Numbered from the stretch's first letter, positions 13,881-28,900 are shown. The stretch: DNA of 64,000 nt from Psammoneis japonica (GCA_008632985.1 QPGO01000019.1:248001-312000); one strand, 5' to 3'. A program made the numbers and translations. The notes: generated by a model not told the origin, from the letters alone.

Positions 13881-14339
13881 CTCTCAACATGGTGTATCCT
13901 TGGTTGCTGACGATTCATTCAAGTCATCGTGGCTGTTCAGTCCCACTATGACCTACGGTAAGAGACCGAAGAGACAGCTCAATTTTCATATAAAAAGACA
14001 TAGCTACCGTACATAATTATTTCAGACGAGGGCGTTCCTCACGAACCGACCGAAAAAGTCATGTAACACCCAATACTCAGAAACTGCTAAGCACGGCAAA
14101 TTCTAAATAGATTCAATGATTCGTCGCCACTTTCTCCACTCTTCCTTTATATTATTTTCTTTCACTGTACGTCTGGTGATAGAGTAGGATCGATGCGGCA
14201 CTCGATCGAAGAAAGGCGTTTTCGGATGAGGTTTACAAGTTTGATGACACAAAAAATTAGCGTCAAATGAACCGTAGCAAACCACGGGACTACGAGTGAA
14301 AAAGTCAAATGACTTCTTGGAGACCAAAGGATGCTCGTG

Positions 14340-17300
14340 CTTGGCACTTGTGAAATGTCTCTTGAACATCTGGAAAAACAAACACTTGGAAAATGTCAAT
14401 CAACCAAACTGTGAGTAACCAACAGAGGCGACTGGTGAAAACATTCATAGAATCCTCTCAATGGCTCTCTGAATCCAACATGCATTTGTCAATGCCACAC
14501 ACAAATGAGGCAGGCAGATGCAACACTGCACTCTTCCCTTGCAGTGACCAGCACCCATCTTTCTTTGATTCAGTGAAGGTGCATTTGTCATGAGTGCAGT
14601 GTGGCAGAGAAAATTGCAGTGGATTCTCTGAGAAACATTTGCACTTCAGCAATGGTTGGCAAACATCAAAACAGAAGATAATTGCACATTGCACCCAACA
14701 GATGGCATCAACAGAGTCATGGATGAAAGGCAGCTCACTCATTCTTAGAGACACTTGCATGATTCAGCTCACACATTTGTGCATGGTGCTGCCACATGCT
14801 CTGCAAGTAGTTTTCCTGTTTGGCTGTGTTGTCATGGCACACTGCTTCTTGACTGGCTGCATTTGCTCATGTCTAGACATGCCTGCTTGACAAACATGTT
14901 GATTGCTTGATTCACTTGCATGCCTGTCAACAATGTCCAAGCAACCACCAACAATGTCACTTGTCTTCAGGGAACAATGACCATGATAAAAGACAAACAG
15001 TGTCACGAGTCAATGCTGGCACTCATTCCAGCCAAGCTGTGAAAAGACCCAGCCAGCAACATTTGCAAGAACACCATTTTGCACTTGAACTTTGTTTGAA
15101 AGCAGCAGCAATGCATGAGCACTTTGCTGCTTTGCATTTTCAGCACAACCCCCATTGCTCTTGTTGATCTTGATCATCTCAGCAGTTTTGACAAAACACT
15201 GGCTCTGCCATCACACATGCAACCTTGCCGTTGGCACTCATTTTGGCAGAAGATGGGTGCTGCCACTTTGCTGTCACACAATTTGAAAAATGTCAGAGTG
15301 AGCCGGGTTTGTTCCAAGCAGCTTGTTGGCAGTCTGGACAATGACGTGTCTTAGATGTGGCTGCTGAGAGGTGGCCTGATCCAGCTCCAGGTGATCTGTG
15401 ATCTGTCATGCAAGATGCCAGCCAAAAACTGCATTCAGCACAACAAGCTTCTTCAATTTTGATCATTTTGAACATGGAAAGGTGAGTGCACATGAAAAAA
15501 TAAAAGTGCTGCACAAACTCACCCTTTGATTTTGGAAAAATTGAAATTGAATGAGTTTTGTTGTGCCAAATGCAAAAATTGCTGGGCCAGTGATGGATCA
15601 TGCACCTGTGCAGGACACCTCGAGCTAGAACATGCCAGGTCCTTTTCACACTCCAGTGCTCGCTCTTTAAGTTTGTGGCACCAGAGTTTCTTGCCAGCAT
15701 GGCAAAGCTTGCAAGTGATTTCACAAACAGCACAGCAAAACAATCAGATTTGGTGCAACTGCACAGCACTTTTTTGCTGCTCTCTCCACAAAAAAAAACA
15801 GTCAAAGTCAGCACAGTGCTCTCATTTGAAAAATAAAAATTTCCACGCAGCAAGAGCAAAGGCAGGTGAGTCATCATCTGCTGCAGCTGGGCCAACAGTT
15901 TTGCACCAAATCATGAAATGAAAGCACTGCACTGGCCAGACAAAAAACATCAACTGCACACGCTCAGCCATTTGTTTTTGTCAGTCAAACTGCAAAGATG
16001 TGCACACTTTGCATTTTTGCAAATTTGTTGCTCCCATCATTTTTGTTTTTATGATCAGGAACAGAGTGGAACAAGGTGTGCTTGATGACTGGACACAAAC
16101 CCAGCTGGGTTGGTGCAGTTGCTGGCGCCCCTTCTTGTTTGGCATCAGGTGCCAGTGGGACCATGATGAGACCCCTTCTGATGGCTCTGTTGCTGCAAGT
16201 GGCTCTTCAACTCCTCCAAAGTTCTGAGTTGTGGAAAATTGCCAGAGCACTCCTGCCTCAGCACAGCACTCCACAAAGTCTCAAGCCATTTGTCTTGGAT
16301 CTGCCAGGGATGTTGAAAGTTCTCTTGCCCTCAAATCAAAATCCAGACCAAATGTGTCACAGCTCTGGTTGAAGCACACAGCAAAGACAATGACTGCAGC
16401 ACCTGCAGCTGGCTCTAAAGCCAGCCATGATGGCGCCAGTGTGTGCAAAGAGATGCATTCTTGATCCCAAAAATGCCAGTGTCACAACAGAGGTGTGTGT
16501 GGGAAGGGCCTCAGTCTGGCAAGTTTTGGCCCAAATTTGTCTCTTCCTGCAACACAACAAGAAGGTGACAGTTGTCAACTCACCACTGCAAAACATTGTG
16601 CCATCTCAGCAGTGGTGCAATGGCACACTGCATGAGAACAAGAGCAAGTGGGTGGGTCAACCTGGAGCATCATTGCTGCAAAACCAATCTCTTCAACATT
16701 TTGATGTTTGTCGGTGTCAAAAGCTCTTCAGCACACACACAATCTCAAAGTGCCGACAAATGTGCCAGACATCCCAGCTCATTCTCCACACCTGCAAAAA
16801 TCTGCAAAAAGGCAACAAAAGTGCAGTGGAAGCTGGCTCAGCTCTGTGTGTGGCAGACCACAACAAGAATGTGTGACAACACTGGTGGTGAGCCAAAGAG
16901 AGAGTTTTTCAGTGAGTGCAGGCATCACTCTGCACAATGGTCAAAGCAACAAACCTCGCGCAACATGACCACCTGCTGCTGCATCTCTGACACTCAAGCT
17001 TCTCTCTTGAGATGCCAGACATTCTGCTGCAGGGAATGCACAGCAGAGAATCCAGGGGTGGAGCAAGGCAGAGTTGAGCAGATGCAGCAGAGAGCTTTGG
17101 CAAAGCTGCCACCAAGAAAACACAGACAAATGTGGTGGGACATCCCAGCAACAGAAGACAGGGTTGAAGAATTCTTCAGGAAAATTGTTGACCCAAATGA
17201 CCCAAGCAACAACCAAAATGCGCACAAGCAGAGTGCTGCCAACAAGGAAAGCAAAGCAGCACCCCCCCCCCTGATTTTCAGTGACAGAGCAAGATGACAC

Positions 17301-20300
17301 CATGGCAGGCCAAAAGACTTGAGAGATGCTGTGCAAAAGGTGGCAGGACAAGCTGCAAGATCATGTGCAGATTTGCACCCTTTTCTTCAACAGAGTTGTG
17401 AGCTCCAGAAAAAATGACATCAACTCATCAACCTGTCATCAACTGCCTGCATGGTGGTTCAGTTCTGTGTGTGTGGTGCTGGGGGTGGCACTGACTTTGA
17501 ACCACGACTGCTTGGCCAAAAAATCTCAGTTTGCTTTTGCCCACCTTGCACAACCTGGAAGACCAGTTGTGACCACTCCCCTTCCAGCTCTGCACCCCCA
17601 CCTGCTCCCCCACAAAATCAATGCTGGGAATCTGTTTTGTTGCAATGGCAACAACAACTCTGACATTGCACATCAACATCAAAGCTGTCTGGCCATTGGG
17701 AGGCAGCTCCCACTGCACTCATTCAGCATGCACCTCAAGGAGGCTGAAAAATCAGTCTGCTCCAAACATGCTTGGCCTTGTTGCTGTGGTTAGAAATGCC
17801 TGTAAATTGGTTTTAAACATCCTGGGACATTGAGAGAAATGGATTCAAAGAGTCAACACTTTGCAAAGCACAGTGTGCCATGAGTTTGGAGTGCCAGCCA
17901 ACATGTTGGTTCTCAGCACTCAGCACTCAGCACACAAACACCAGATGCTGCCATGGGCAAGAAAGAGGTGCAGCGCAATGCATTTCTGAGAAATTGGCAG
18001 AACTGAGCTGTTGAGGAGCATGTGCCAATCTGGGACTTTTCATGATGAGCACAAGTTGATGGAGAGTGCAGTGGGTCAAAGAACAACTTTGGAGTGCAGA
18101 GCTTGCTTTGTTTTGCAGCAGTCAAAAATGTGCCTTTTGGCTCACATTGGCTGGAGCACAAACAATGTGCACATCAAGTGGGGGGCAGAAAACTAAGCTG
18201 CCAACAAAACTCAGCAAAAAGTCAAGCATGGTCTTGAAACAGAAGTCAACTGAAAGAAAGCAGAGTCTCAACTGACACCAGTGCAGGGTGAGAGTGCAAC
18301 AGCACCCAACAAGAGCAGAAAACAGTTTTGCTCAGCCAGATGAGAGCACAGCTGCCCCAACAAAAGGCAAAAAACGCTGAATGGGAAATCTGCAAGAATG
18401 ACAGTCACTGAGACAACAATTTGGCATGCCATTGATGGTGGTGACAGATTGAAGCCATCATCTGAGCTGCAAATGCTTGGCAAACTTGTGATGAGCACAT
18501 GTTGCAGCAACAAGGATGGTGCAACAGAGTTGCCAGAGTGCACTGACAAGGTCAGCAAAACAAAAAAGAAGCAACACATGTGCCTGGCAGCACCTGGGAA
18601 GCCTCTCATGTTGGATCTGAAAATTTTCCAGTGCTGCATGTGGTTGCAAGGAAGCAGACATCTGCTGACCAAATTTGCAAGGCAACGTTGCACTCAGAAA
18701 TGGGCAATGCAATGCTTTGACCTCTTGCAAAGAACAAACGATGATGCCACATTTTCTTGCAAAATCCATGGACCTCCGCCAGTGGCACCAAAGGTTGTTG
18801 CTTTGTGAGAGTGTGCCAACACCTCTTTTGATGGTGTGCCATGATGCATGAGCCAGCTCTTTCAAGTGCCCAGCTTTAAAAAGCACAGCGCAATTGTTTC
18901 CAAAGAGTTGGCATCAGGACATGTCAAAAATTGAGTTTCAAACTCCACATGATTGGCATGCCCAAGAACAAGAAGTTTGCAAAAGAACAAAAAATCTTCT
19001 GCCACTGGCAGAGAAACAAGTTTCAAGCCCAGCCACTGGAGAAGCAGAGGCATTGTGCCAGAGAAGTGGAGGTGTTGTTGATTTGCAAGGTGTGTCTTTG
19101 CATTCAAATGCTGTTTGATCTCACCATTTGGTGGAAACTGTTGTGGTCTTCTTGAACACAGCTTGCTCATCAACTCAGCCATTTGTTGCACCTCTTTGGC
19201 AACATTTGCAAGTGGGTCTGAGCATTGACACAACATGGCAGTCATGGTGTGCCTGGTGCAGAGATGTCTTCTAGAAGCTCCTTCATGTGTGTGTGTTGAT
19301 TCTCAAGTCAGTGTTGTCGGAGGGCAAAGCATGAGAGATTGCACCTGGCTGCATTGCAGTTGACATGAAGGATGAAGATGGGAGCCCAGGGGAATCAAGT
19401 GAAGAGAAGGAAAAAAAAAACCTGTCCAGCTGGGCATTTGGAAAAAAGCAGGGTTAAAATTTCAAACAAAACACACCTGCAACAGTGGCTTGAAGTTGTT
19501 GCCTTGTGTTGATGTTGTCTCAACTGAGAATGAGATTGTGGTGGTGGCCAAAGGAGCAACTGTTTTTCAAAGGAGCACACAAAGCAAGAAGAAGTTGAAG
19601 ACAAGCAGCGCACAATGCAGGTTTGACAACAGTTGATGAGGCATCAGCAGCATGACAGCTGCCAACTGATGGCCACCACCTTTGTTGAAAGATTGCAAAA
19701 AAAAATGTTGACATTGGCACAAATTTTGTGTGCCAGACACCCACACAGATTTCTGCACTCATGAAAACAACTCATCTCCACAAAGCCAGTGTGCTGCTCT
19801 GAGATGCTGTGCTCATCTGCACGTGCACCGACACAAAAATCAAACCCACCCAGTCCATTGTGCGCTGATTTGCAAATCTGCTGAAGAAACTCTGCACCTG
19901 ATGCCAAAAATCACAAAATGCACCATGGTGTGTGAATTTGGAGAACTGTCACTCTGCAATCATGATGATTTGACAAGCTGCGCTGTGCAGCCTTGTCAAA
20001 CATTGTGCACCATGTCTGATCACATTTTGTCCATCCAGTGTGAATGGCCATGGAAGGCAAAAACAACTCTCTTCTTCATCATCATGATTGTTGGTCAACC
20101 CAAAGCATCCTTGATGTGGTGTTTTTGCTGCAGCAGAGCCAGAGGGTTTTGAGTGTGCCAAGTGCAACAATGTGTGGATGCCAAAGATGCTGGGAATGCA
20201 CCTTGCAATGGGCTGTTTGAGAAAACAGAGGCTTTGTGTTGAACACTTTGTGGCAGCATGCAGTGGTCTGGAAGCCTCTTTGTGCCAAGTGCTGCCTCCA

Positions 20301-22880
20301 TTCTCTTGAATGCACTCAAGAAAATGGCAAAGCAAGAGTGCAAAGAAAGACATGTGGCCATTGACCAGTTCAATCCAGCAAGAACAAGCTTCTCTTTGTT
20401 CAATGCTTTGAAATGGCACTCAAGAAGCAAACAATTTTGGTTGATTTTTCCTTGGCAGAGTGGAAAAACAGTGGGGCTTGCTGCAGCAACATCACCAAGG
20501 CTGCTTGACAGTGCAGCCTGATGGCACACCCATCTGACCACATGCTGGAGTGTGTGGCTCAAGTGGGTCAGGAGAAGTGAGAGGCAATTCTTGAGAAGTC
20601 TGCCCCAACAGTCAGTTGCAGGCAGCAGGTGTGCAAGAGTCATGGGGCCCTTTTCTAGGGATGGTGGTGACCCATTTGTCAACCCACTCAAACTTTGCTG
20701 TTTAAAAGAGTCGTTGTAACTTTGAGGGCTGGCTGTTGTGCTGGGTGGGTTTTGCACCATGCTTGTGCACCAGAAAACCATCAAACAATTTTCAGCAGTG
20801 CTGCTTTGATCTTTGTTGTCTTTTCATTGTGGCAAACCTAAAATGCCCAGCTGTGCCAGGCACTGAACTCAGGTGACCCATGAGCTTTTCTAAGAGAGAC
20901 AAGTGCAACAATGGAAAATGAATGCTGCTCACCTCTCTGCAGTGCAAGAGTGTGTCAGAAAGTCAAGAGGATGTGTGAAATGTGGGGTGGGGCTTGCAAT
21001 GTTGAGATCACAACTGCAGGCATTCTGGACAACATTGTCAAGTGAGCAGAAGAGAAGATGACCATGCAATGGTTGTTTTGATTTTTGCATTGCTCTGCAT
21101 CTGGTTGTTTTGATTTTTGCACCACTCTGCATCTGACAAAGGCCTCTGTGTGCCTCTTTTTCTGTCAGCATTGAAGCTTGTGTTCTCATGCACAGTGCAC
21201 TCTCATCACATGGGATGCAGGTTGCTCACAGCTGACTTTTTTGCTGACTGGCTGTGTCCATGATCACCAGCAGGAAAGAAGCTCTCACAGAGAAAGACAC
21301 CTTGTTCCAAAAAAACCAGCAATGGGAAATTCACACATGTGAGCAGATTCATGGAATGGACCATTCATGACAAACAGCATTGTTTTGGGGACTGCGTCAA
21401 TGGCGCTGTGGACAATCATTGCAAACAGTGTTGAGCACAATGGCAATGGTGCCAAAAGGGATCTCAAGGGAAAGGGACAACAAAGCTGGTGCTTGCAGAC
21501 AAAGTGCTCTGCAAGACTTGGCTGCATGTTGTTGAAGGTTTGAGTCTTTTTAGCTGGATGGTGTCCAGCTCAAAAAGTTCCAGAACATGCCCATGTTTGC
21601 GGCGGCACAGATGTTGTCATTGTGCACCACTCAAGTGGGAGCCAGTTTTGGTTGGGGACTGTGCAACAGCCCTTGTCTGGCACTCACCACTTTCAGCAAT
21701 GCAGATGCTTGCTCTGGTTTGCCACACTCAAAGGTTGTTGGCAGAGATTGTTTTGAATGTTTTCACACTGAGAGGCAAAGGATTTGAGTGATCCCAAGTG
21801 AGACCCAAGGGCAAGAATGGAGCAGATCAGTTGGTGCTGGATCCACTTGGAAATGCTGACAGCCTTGTGAAGAGTTCAGCAACCTGTTCCGCAAAAGCAC
21901 TGAGTCCCAATTTTTCAGCTTCCCCACCACAGCCAGAGCTGCTGCATCATGTTTTGCTCCTTACATCTGATGATCTCAGCATGTTGGGGTGTGCCACCAT
22001 GCACTTTTTTACTCCTTCCATTGACAAAGCCAGAAAGAGTGTCAAAACATTTTCTGGCATCACTGGCAAGCAGGTTACCACCACAGCTGCCTTTGTTTGG
22101 CTCAACTTGCCCCAGTCACAAGATGAGCAACATGGGCACTCATTTTGCATTGGCTCCACTCTTGATTGGGTGCCTTTTCTTTTGCCTTTCCCATTCCAGA
22201 TTGCTGGCAAGCTCTTCTTGTCATTTTCTTTTTCCAAAACACAAAATGCTGATGTTTTGACTGGCGAGCACATGAGCACAAGGTGGCTGAGTGGTGTGCC
22301 TTCATGCACGGATGGCTGGGGCATGCATTGGCTGAAAACAGTGCACTGTTGAGTGCCCCCAAATGATCTGCCAGCTGCAGCTCCCTGTCATCACTTTTGC
22401 CACTGGCAGCAGTGCTGTCTGATGGTGCAGCACTCTCAGATGATGTGTGGGTGGGAAGACTCTCATTTGTCTCTGTTGCCACTCCAGAGCTCCGCTGGCC
22501 AGGGCCTGAACAGAGCTGGCTGGCTCTGGGGCACAACAGACTGCACCTGGTGTGAAACATGCAGAGGTCGTGCTGGGTCGTGCACAGCAGCATCTCAGCT
22601 GACCAAACAGCCATTTCAGCCTGGAGCATTGCAAACAACAACAACAGCTGTCTCACACAAGTGTCACTTTCCCAAGTGTGGTGCTGCACCTTCTTCCTTT
22701 TCTCTTTCTCAAAATTGTGGCAATTTTGTTTCTGAAAACTCACAAAGTTTTGGATTTTCTGACCATGATTTTGAGGTTCTTCTCAGAGCGCAACCAAGAT
22801 GCATTCTAGCATGGGGGTCACAGTTGGAAGACGAGAGATGAAACAATTTTTGTTGCACAAAGAAGACACAGACATGGTAT
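14340..22880. repeat. TpA- and CpG-depleted degenerate repeat block 2 (unclassified TE relics)
   Basis: About 8.5 kb with very rare TA (mostly within TTA/TAA) and rare CG; dense overlapping Cys/His-rich ORFs in all frames; no domain I can recognise. Confidence 0.75.
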
Positions 22881-23873
22881 TGCTTGTTTGTTCATTATTG
22901 TTATAAAGTGGCAGGCCTCCGAGTAAGTTTCACACGCCATGGTGCAGTGTGTTTTTTGGTGTGGGTGCTCTGCGTGCTCAGGTGCAGATCTACAAAGTAC
23001 GCAACTGAGTGCGCGCATGCCCCCCGGCCAGAGGGTGTCACGCGCGCCCACGGTGCTCGATCGAAGAAGGCCTTTTCGGATGTCACTGCAGAGAGCTTTA
23101 ATGTCGTTATCGCTCTGTGGCGTGATAGTAAATTGTGTCAGACATTGCTGAATCCTTAAGTAAATCAATCACTATCTTTTTCAAGACAATTTTTCATATT
23201 CTGTGTTTAACGACTATATCGCGTCACCATTTTTTCTATTTAGGAATGCCGCACACGACCGCCTAAAAAGACTCGGGTTAAGTAAATGTGCATCTTAGGA
23301 TTCGTATATTATATAATGCCCAAAATTGGCGTTGTGTACACTGTGTACCATTGTTTACGAATCACTTTTCCCGTTATTTCAATTTTTGGCCGCTCCTCGT
23401 TCGTGAGTCGAAAGAATTTGATTTTTCGAAGGGCTCATCTTCTACGTTGGTGTCAGGTACATTTTCTACGGGAACTCCTCAGAACCACGTAGGCAAGTTT
23501 GAAATTTTGTGTCTTACCGGCGAACGTTCTCATCGTTGCGAGTAATACAAACGCGATGCTAGCAATGCGCATGCAGAGGGGGTTCTGATTACACAAAACA
23601 ACAAAAGCAAACACATTCAACACATGGCACGATCGAAGTTATTCTAAGAAAAGCAAAGAACGCTCATCTTGATTACAGCAGCAAACAAAAGTGGGGTGTA
23701 CCAGGTATGATTCCTCCGTGTTTGTTAACTTCTGGAAGTAAATTCAGAAAGTGCACATTCCTGACATGCGAGAAAAAAATTCGTCAGTGACATGATATCG
23801 CGATTCGTGTCGTGAGTGGGGTTCGGGATTGAAAATGTGCCTCATTCTTTTTTCTTGTGGAACTACTTTACAG

Positions 23874-25701
23874 ATGAAGCTACTCACCAAGCTATATACG
23901 CTGGTGTTATTGGGCTTGAGTCTCTGCTACATTCAAAAGGCCCATGCCACGGATGAACTTAGGCTCAATGCACCAGAGAAGAAAGTAGCAACATCAGCAC
24001 TCGAAGAAGGTGGTGGTGGAACGCGAAGCTCCAGACCATCAACCTGCTGCCCCTGGTGAACGCCATGGCGTCTTCGTAGAGACCCTAGCGTTCCCAGCGT
24101 TGAATGCAATTGATTTAAATCCAGCCACACGTTGGTCGAGTGCATACTCGAGCGATCAGTGGATCTGGGTCGAAGTGTCTGCGCCCTCCACCATTAATCG
24201 GGTCGTCATTGAGTGGGGCCCAGCCTATGGGACTCTCTTTAGGATTCAGACATCGGAAGATTCCTTCTCCTGGACGACACGCAAGACTGTGTCGGGCTTT
24301 GGTGGCGTGGATGTGATTGATTTGGATGAGCCTGTCACGGGCGCCAAGTTTGTCCGCATGAGGGGGGTTCAGTCGGGCGCCTTTGGCTATTCCATTCGTG
24401 AAATGGAAGTCAGGGGGATTCTGGGTCAAGGAGGGGATGAGTTTCCCACGGTTGACCTTCCTCAACTCTCAGCTGTGGCTTCGTCCGTCCAACCAAATAC
24501 AGCTTTCGTTCCCTTCAACGCCATTGATGGATTAGGTAATACACGTTGGGGAAGCGAGTACAACGATGAGGAATGGATCTATGTTAATTTGGGTCTCAGC
24601 TATCCCATCCATGAAGTTATTATTGCATGGGAAGCGGCATTTGCCAGTCGGTACCGCATCGAAGTGTCAGATGATTTGGTTACCTGGCGAACGGTGTACA
24701 CCGAGTCCAACGGACAAGGAGGAACTGTCACCAACGAGGTGGCCGATGCTACGAACGGCACCTATGTCCGCATCTATGGTGTTGAACGTGGCACTCAGTG
24801 GGGTTACAGTATTTGGGAGATGCAAGTGAGAGGAGACATTCTGAACCCTGCCCCGGACGATGGCATTGTGAAAGCTAGCGGTGTCGCCGTGGCGTCAAGC
24901 GTTGAGTTTGATGATCCCATGCTTGTGGCTAGTAATGCCGTTGATGGAAGGATGGACACTCGTTGGGCAAGTCAGCGCACTGATGACCAGGATATTTACA
25001 TCGATTTGGCCAGTCCTCGAGAAGTCAGACGAGTCATCTTGCGTTGGGAAGCTGCCTATGCCAGTGAATACCGAATTCAAGTCTCAAACAATACTGCTTT
25101 CTTGACGGAAGGTTTATATTTGACTGGGACGGGTGGAAACCAAACCATCAATCTAGACGATTACCCGGGTATACCGGAAGACGAGTACCCGGTTGGCCAG
25201 TTTGTTCGCATGAAAGGCATTCGACGAGGCACTCGATGGGGATACTCCTTGTATGAGTTTGAAGTCTACGTCCCTGGGTTTGAGGATCCCAATCCCGTCA
25301 TCCCTGTACTTCTCAACATTGTTGGTGTGGATGTATCTTCCCTTGGCCCGGAAAATCCGCCTCTCCTGGGAGAATATGCCATCGATGGAAGATTCGATAC
25401 GCGTTGGGCAAGCGCAAGAGAGAACAACGAGTACATTACAGTCGAGTTGAGCGCTACCTCCACCATCTCACAAGTGGAACTTTATTGGGAAGTTGCGTAC
25501 GGCTCAGTGTATGAGATTCAAGTGTCAACGGACGGCAACTTCTTTACTACTGCCTTTTCACAAACCAATGGGCAGGGTGGGGTCGAGACCCTTGATCTAC
25601 AGGATGTCACTGGAAGATATGTGAGAATGTTTGGATTTAACCGTGGAACACAATATGGATTCTCCTTGTGGGAGATTAGAGTGTTTGGCAACACGATTTA
25701 A
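23874..25701 (+). CDS. Secreted protein with four F5/8 type C (discoidin/CBM32) domains
   Basis: Signal peptide MKLLTKLYTLVLLGLSLCYIQKAHA; four repeats of ASS...AID(G)...TRW.S...W..A(Y/F)...S.D...GYS..E; two apparent frameshifts at ~24020-24076 (a third frame reads KLQTINLLPLVNAMASS). Confidence 0.88.
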
Positions 25702-25974
25702 AATGCGTTGCAAACTCGAGAAATGGTGAGAAGCGATGTTTCGGGAGAAGCATCTCAGTGTTTTTGTTTGCCCTTTTTGTATGGGAACATGCAGGGCGTT
25801 CATCGTGAATATTTTGTATTTTATCGGCGTTGCATTGGGCGGAGAAAGTGCATATTGTAATAACAAACCAAGTTTAAGTGTTGAAATTTATGTGACGAAG
25901 TTTTTATATTGTTTGCTCTGTCTCTATCTGCAAACGGGTACCGCCAAGCGCTGCCTAGAGCAACTTAAATCGAT

Positions 25975-28900
25975 TTACCGGTACCGAAAGCCCCTGCGTG
26001 AGCTGATTTCATTATCGTACTTCCTTTTTTTCGATTCATCACTGAGAACGTCATAAGCTTCCTGAATGCGACGGAACCTGTCGGTCGCTCCTTCCTCCTT
26101 ATTCTTGTCTGGGTGGTGTTTCAACACCAACTGTTTCAGGAAATTTCAAATGGAACAAACGACCCAAAGAATATGAGTTATCATGGAACGATACATCACT
26201 AATCACTGAGCATAATCAATTTACTTTTATAACTCACCTTGCGATACGCCTTCTTGACAGCTTGCAGTTCAGCGCGGTCACGAAGTCCGAGAACTGCATA
26301 GTGGGTGGCGTTTTCATGAAATACTGGGTTCAATGGAGCGCTTGACGGGTGCTGTTGCTGCCGACCCTGACTATTGCTTGAGTTCTCTCTGTAAGACGAA
26401 GACCGTCCATGCGAAGACTCCTCGCGTCGTGCAGAAGCACCCGTCGGTGCCGAACCGCGTCGAAAGGACGACGGACCCTTTCCGCCAAACGAGTCCCACC
26501 GACGCGAACTGGCCCCTTGTTGGTTGTACCAGCGCGCACGGCGTTGCTGGGCGTCGCCTCTGCCAAATTGGTTCTTGTACCAGTCCTCGCGTTCCTTCCT
26601 GAGATTTTCTGCGGCTCTTGCCGCGCTCTCAGCCTTCTTCTTGGCCTTTTCAGCATCCGCCAACTCGGCCTTTACCTTGCCGATATCTGCAGCAGAGACG
26701 TTGATCGGCATGTCAAATTGACAGGGAGTATTCGTTGCGGAAGTTGCTCCCTGCTTGGCGTCCTTCACAAGCTCGAGATACCTCTTGTATTCTGCAATTG
26801 CATCGTCGAATCGATCTAAACGAGTGTAGCATCGACACCTCCTCAGCTTTGCCTTCATGTAGAGCGAGTGGATCCGTAGAGCGGCCGTGCATTCCACAGA
26901 AGCCTCGAGATGCTTGTTCATAGCCATGAAACAAGCGGCGCGGTTGCACGACAATACAGCATGGAGTCTACCTCCAGCATTCGGGTGGTCGCCGTAGAAA
27001 TTATTGACCTCCACACCTTCCCCATCAATGGCCATAACTTTCGCATACTGCCTGCAAGCATCTTGGTAGTTGCCACTGCTATAGAGAGAATCGCCAATCT
27101 TCTTTCCAGAGATGGTACGCGATAGCTTGTCCTGCTCACCAGGTAGCCACGAGAACTTTGCCCGGTATGCGTCACGATCTTGAACTCGCTGTTGACCAAT
27201 GCTTGCTTCAAGAGCCTTGGTGGCAGCGGTCGCTTCCGTGTGCTTCTCTTCCAGTCGCAAGGCACGAAGATACACGGGCAACATTGAATGGGGGAGGCGC
27301 AATGCAGCCTCAACAACACCCGTAGCATTAAGTTTCTTGGTGGAACTGCCATTATGCAATGAAGCCCGGTCAAAATAGTTTGTCGTCAACACCTTGGCAG
27401 CAGATACACCGGGAAAAGGATTCAATTCAGCCAGTGAATCCTTGAAAACACCATCCAACGCAACCTTGGCAGCCGCATATCGCTCGCAATGGAGAGCAAC
27501 TTCTCGCCAACGACGAAGAGATGCCAGCAGATTCACCTTGTCTGCGTGCAACTTGTCATTCCCCGACGCAATCTCTAGGGCAACCGTTACTCGGTTGAGA
27601 CATTCCATTTGGTTCTTTCGATTCAAATCCGGAAAGGGACTCGGAACGGTATTGTGGAACTTTTCAATAAACTTGATGGCGTCACGACACCGCTTTACTT
27701 GACTCCTGCAAAGTGTAGCATCTGTTCCAATTTGGTTCAAGTAGTTCTCCATCTGCTTGTTGCTGCGACATTCCGTTAGTATCAACTTCGCCGTGTCAAT
27801 TGCAAAGATAAACGCCTTGTCAGCGTCATCCAGTCGAGCCAGTCGCAAAAAGGCCTTGCCCAGTCGCAAAAAGAGCTTGGCCTTGAGCGTCGGTCCACCC
27901 TCAGTCGTTGTTGTATGCACATTGTTGCTCGCCGACACATGGTGAAGCGCCACTTGACAATCTTGTGCCGCGGCATCATTGGCGCCAATCATGAGAAAGG
28001 CTGCCGCTCGATTGGCCAAGAGCACGGCATACAGGTCATCCACGTTGCGAATCGTGGCATTCTTGGTGTGTGCGGTAATGGCTTCCGTGTACTTGGAAAT
28101 GGACAATTGATAGTTGCATTCCGTATAAGCAGTTCGAGCCTCATCACGAAGGGATACAATTAGAGCATTGGTTCCAGAATAATCCACGTTGGACTCCTCC
28201 GACGTGGTCGAGTAGGAGGATTCCATCGACGGCGCCGCCGCTACAGGCGGAGCAGCAACACTCGGAGCAGGAGTAGCTGGCGGTGGTGGAGACCTGTTTT
28301 GACCCAGCATGGACGACGATGCCATTTTCTGCTGCTGACGTTGTTGCACTCGTGCACGTCTCTTGAGAGGAGACTTGATGTTCTTTTTCGGCTGTGGCGT
28401 AGAGGTTCCAATGTTGAACAATGGAATGTTTGGCTTGGGCGTGTTGCCCTCAAGGTCCATATCAACCGGCGGAGTGGAGGAAACGGGAGGGGTAGAGGCT
28501 ACCGACTCTGGTGTAAGTCCTGGTGCCACAAAGCGCGTAGTTGAAGCCTGTGGCTGTGGTACTTGTGGAGCATACGGTTGCTGCTGCGGCTGCTGGGTCG
28601 GTGGTGACGCCGCCGGAGAAACAAACGGCTGCTGCTGCTGAGGTTGTGCTGCCGGTGGTGATGCTGCTTGTGGAACAAACGGCTGCTGTTGTGGTTGCAC
28701 TACTGGGGGCGACGCCGCGTTTGGCGGTACTTGAGCAACAAATGGCTGCGCTTGCGGAGCATATGGCTGCTGCTGCGGCGGTACAGGCGGGGGTGACGCC
28801 ACGTTTGGCGGTACCTGAGGAGCAAACGGCTGCTGCACCGGTTGTTGTTCCGGGGGAGCCTTTTTGAAACTTTTGCTCTTTTGCCAATCACGCCGAGCCT

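Noticed and set aside
14103..14399. KRHFTSAKH resembling a hAT-associated zinc finger
   Set aside because: A single short motif; insufficient support.
23265..23281. Possible piggyBac right end (GACTCGGG|TTAA)
   Set aside because: No matching left TIR or transposase found in the window.
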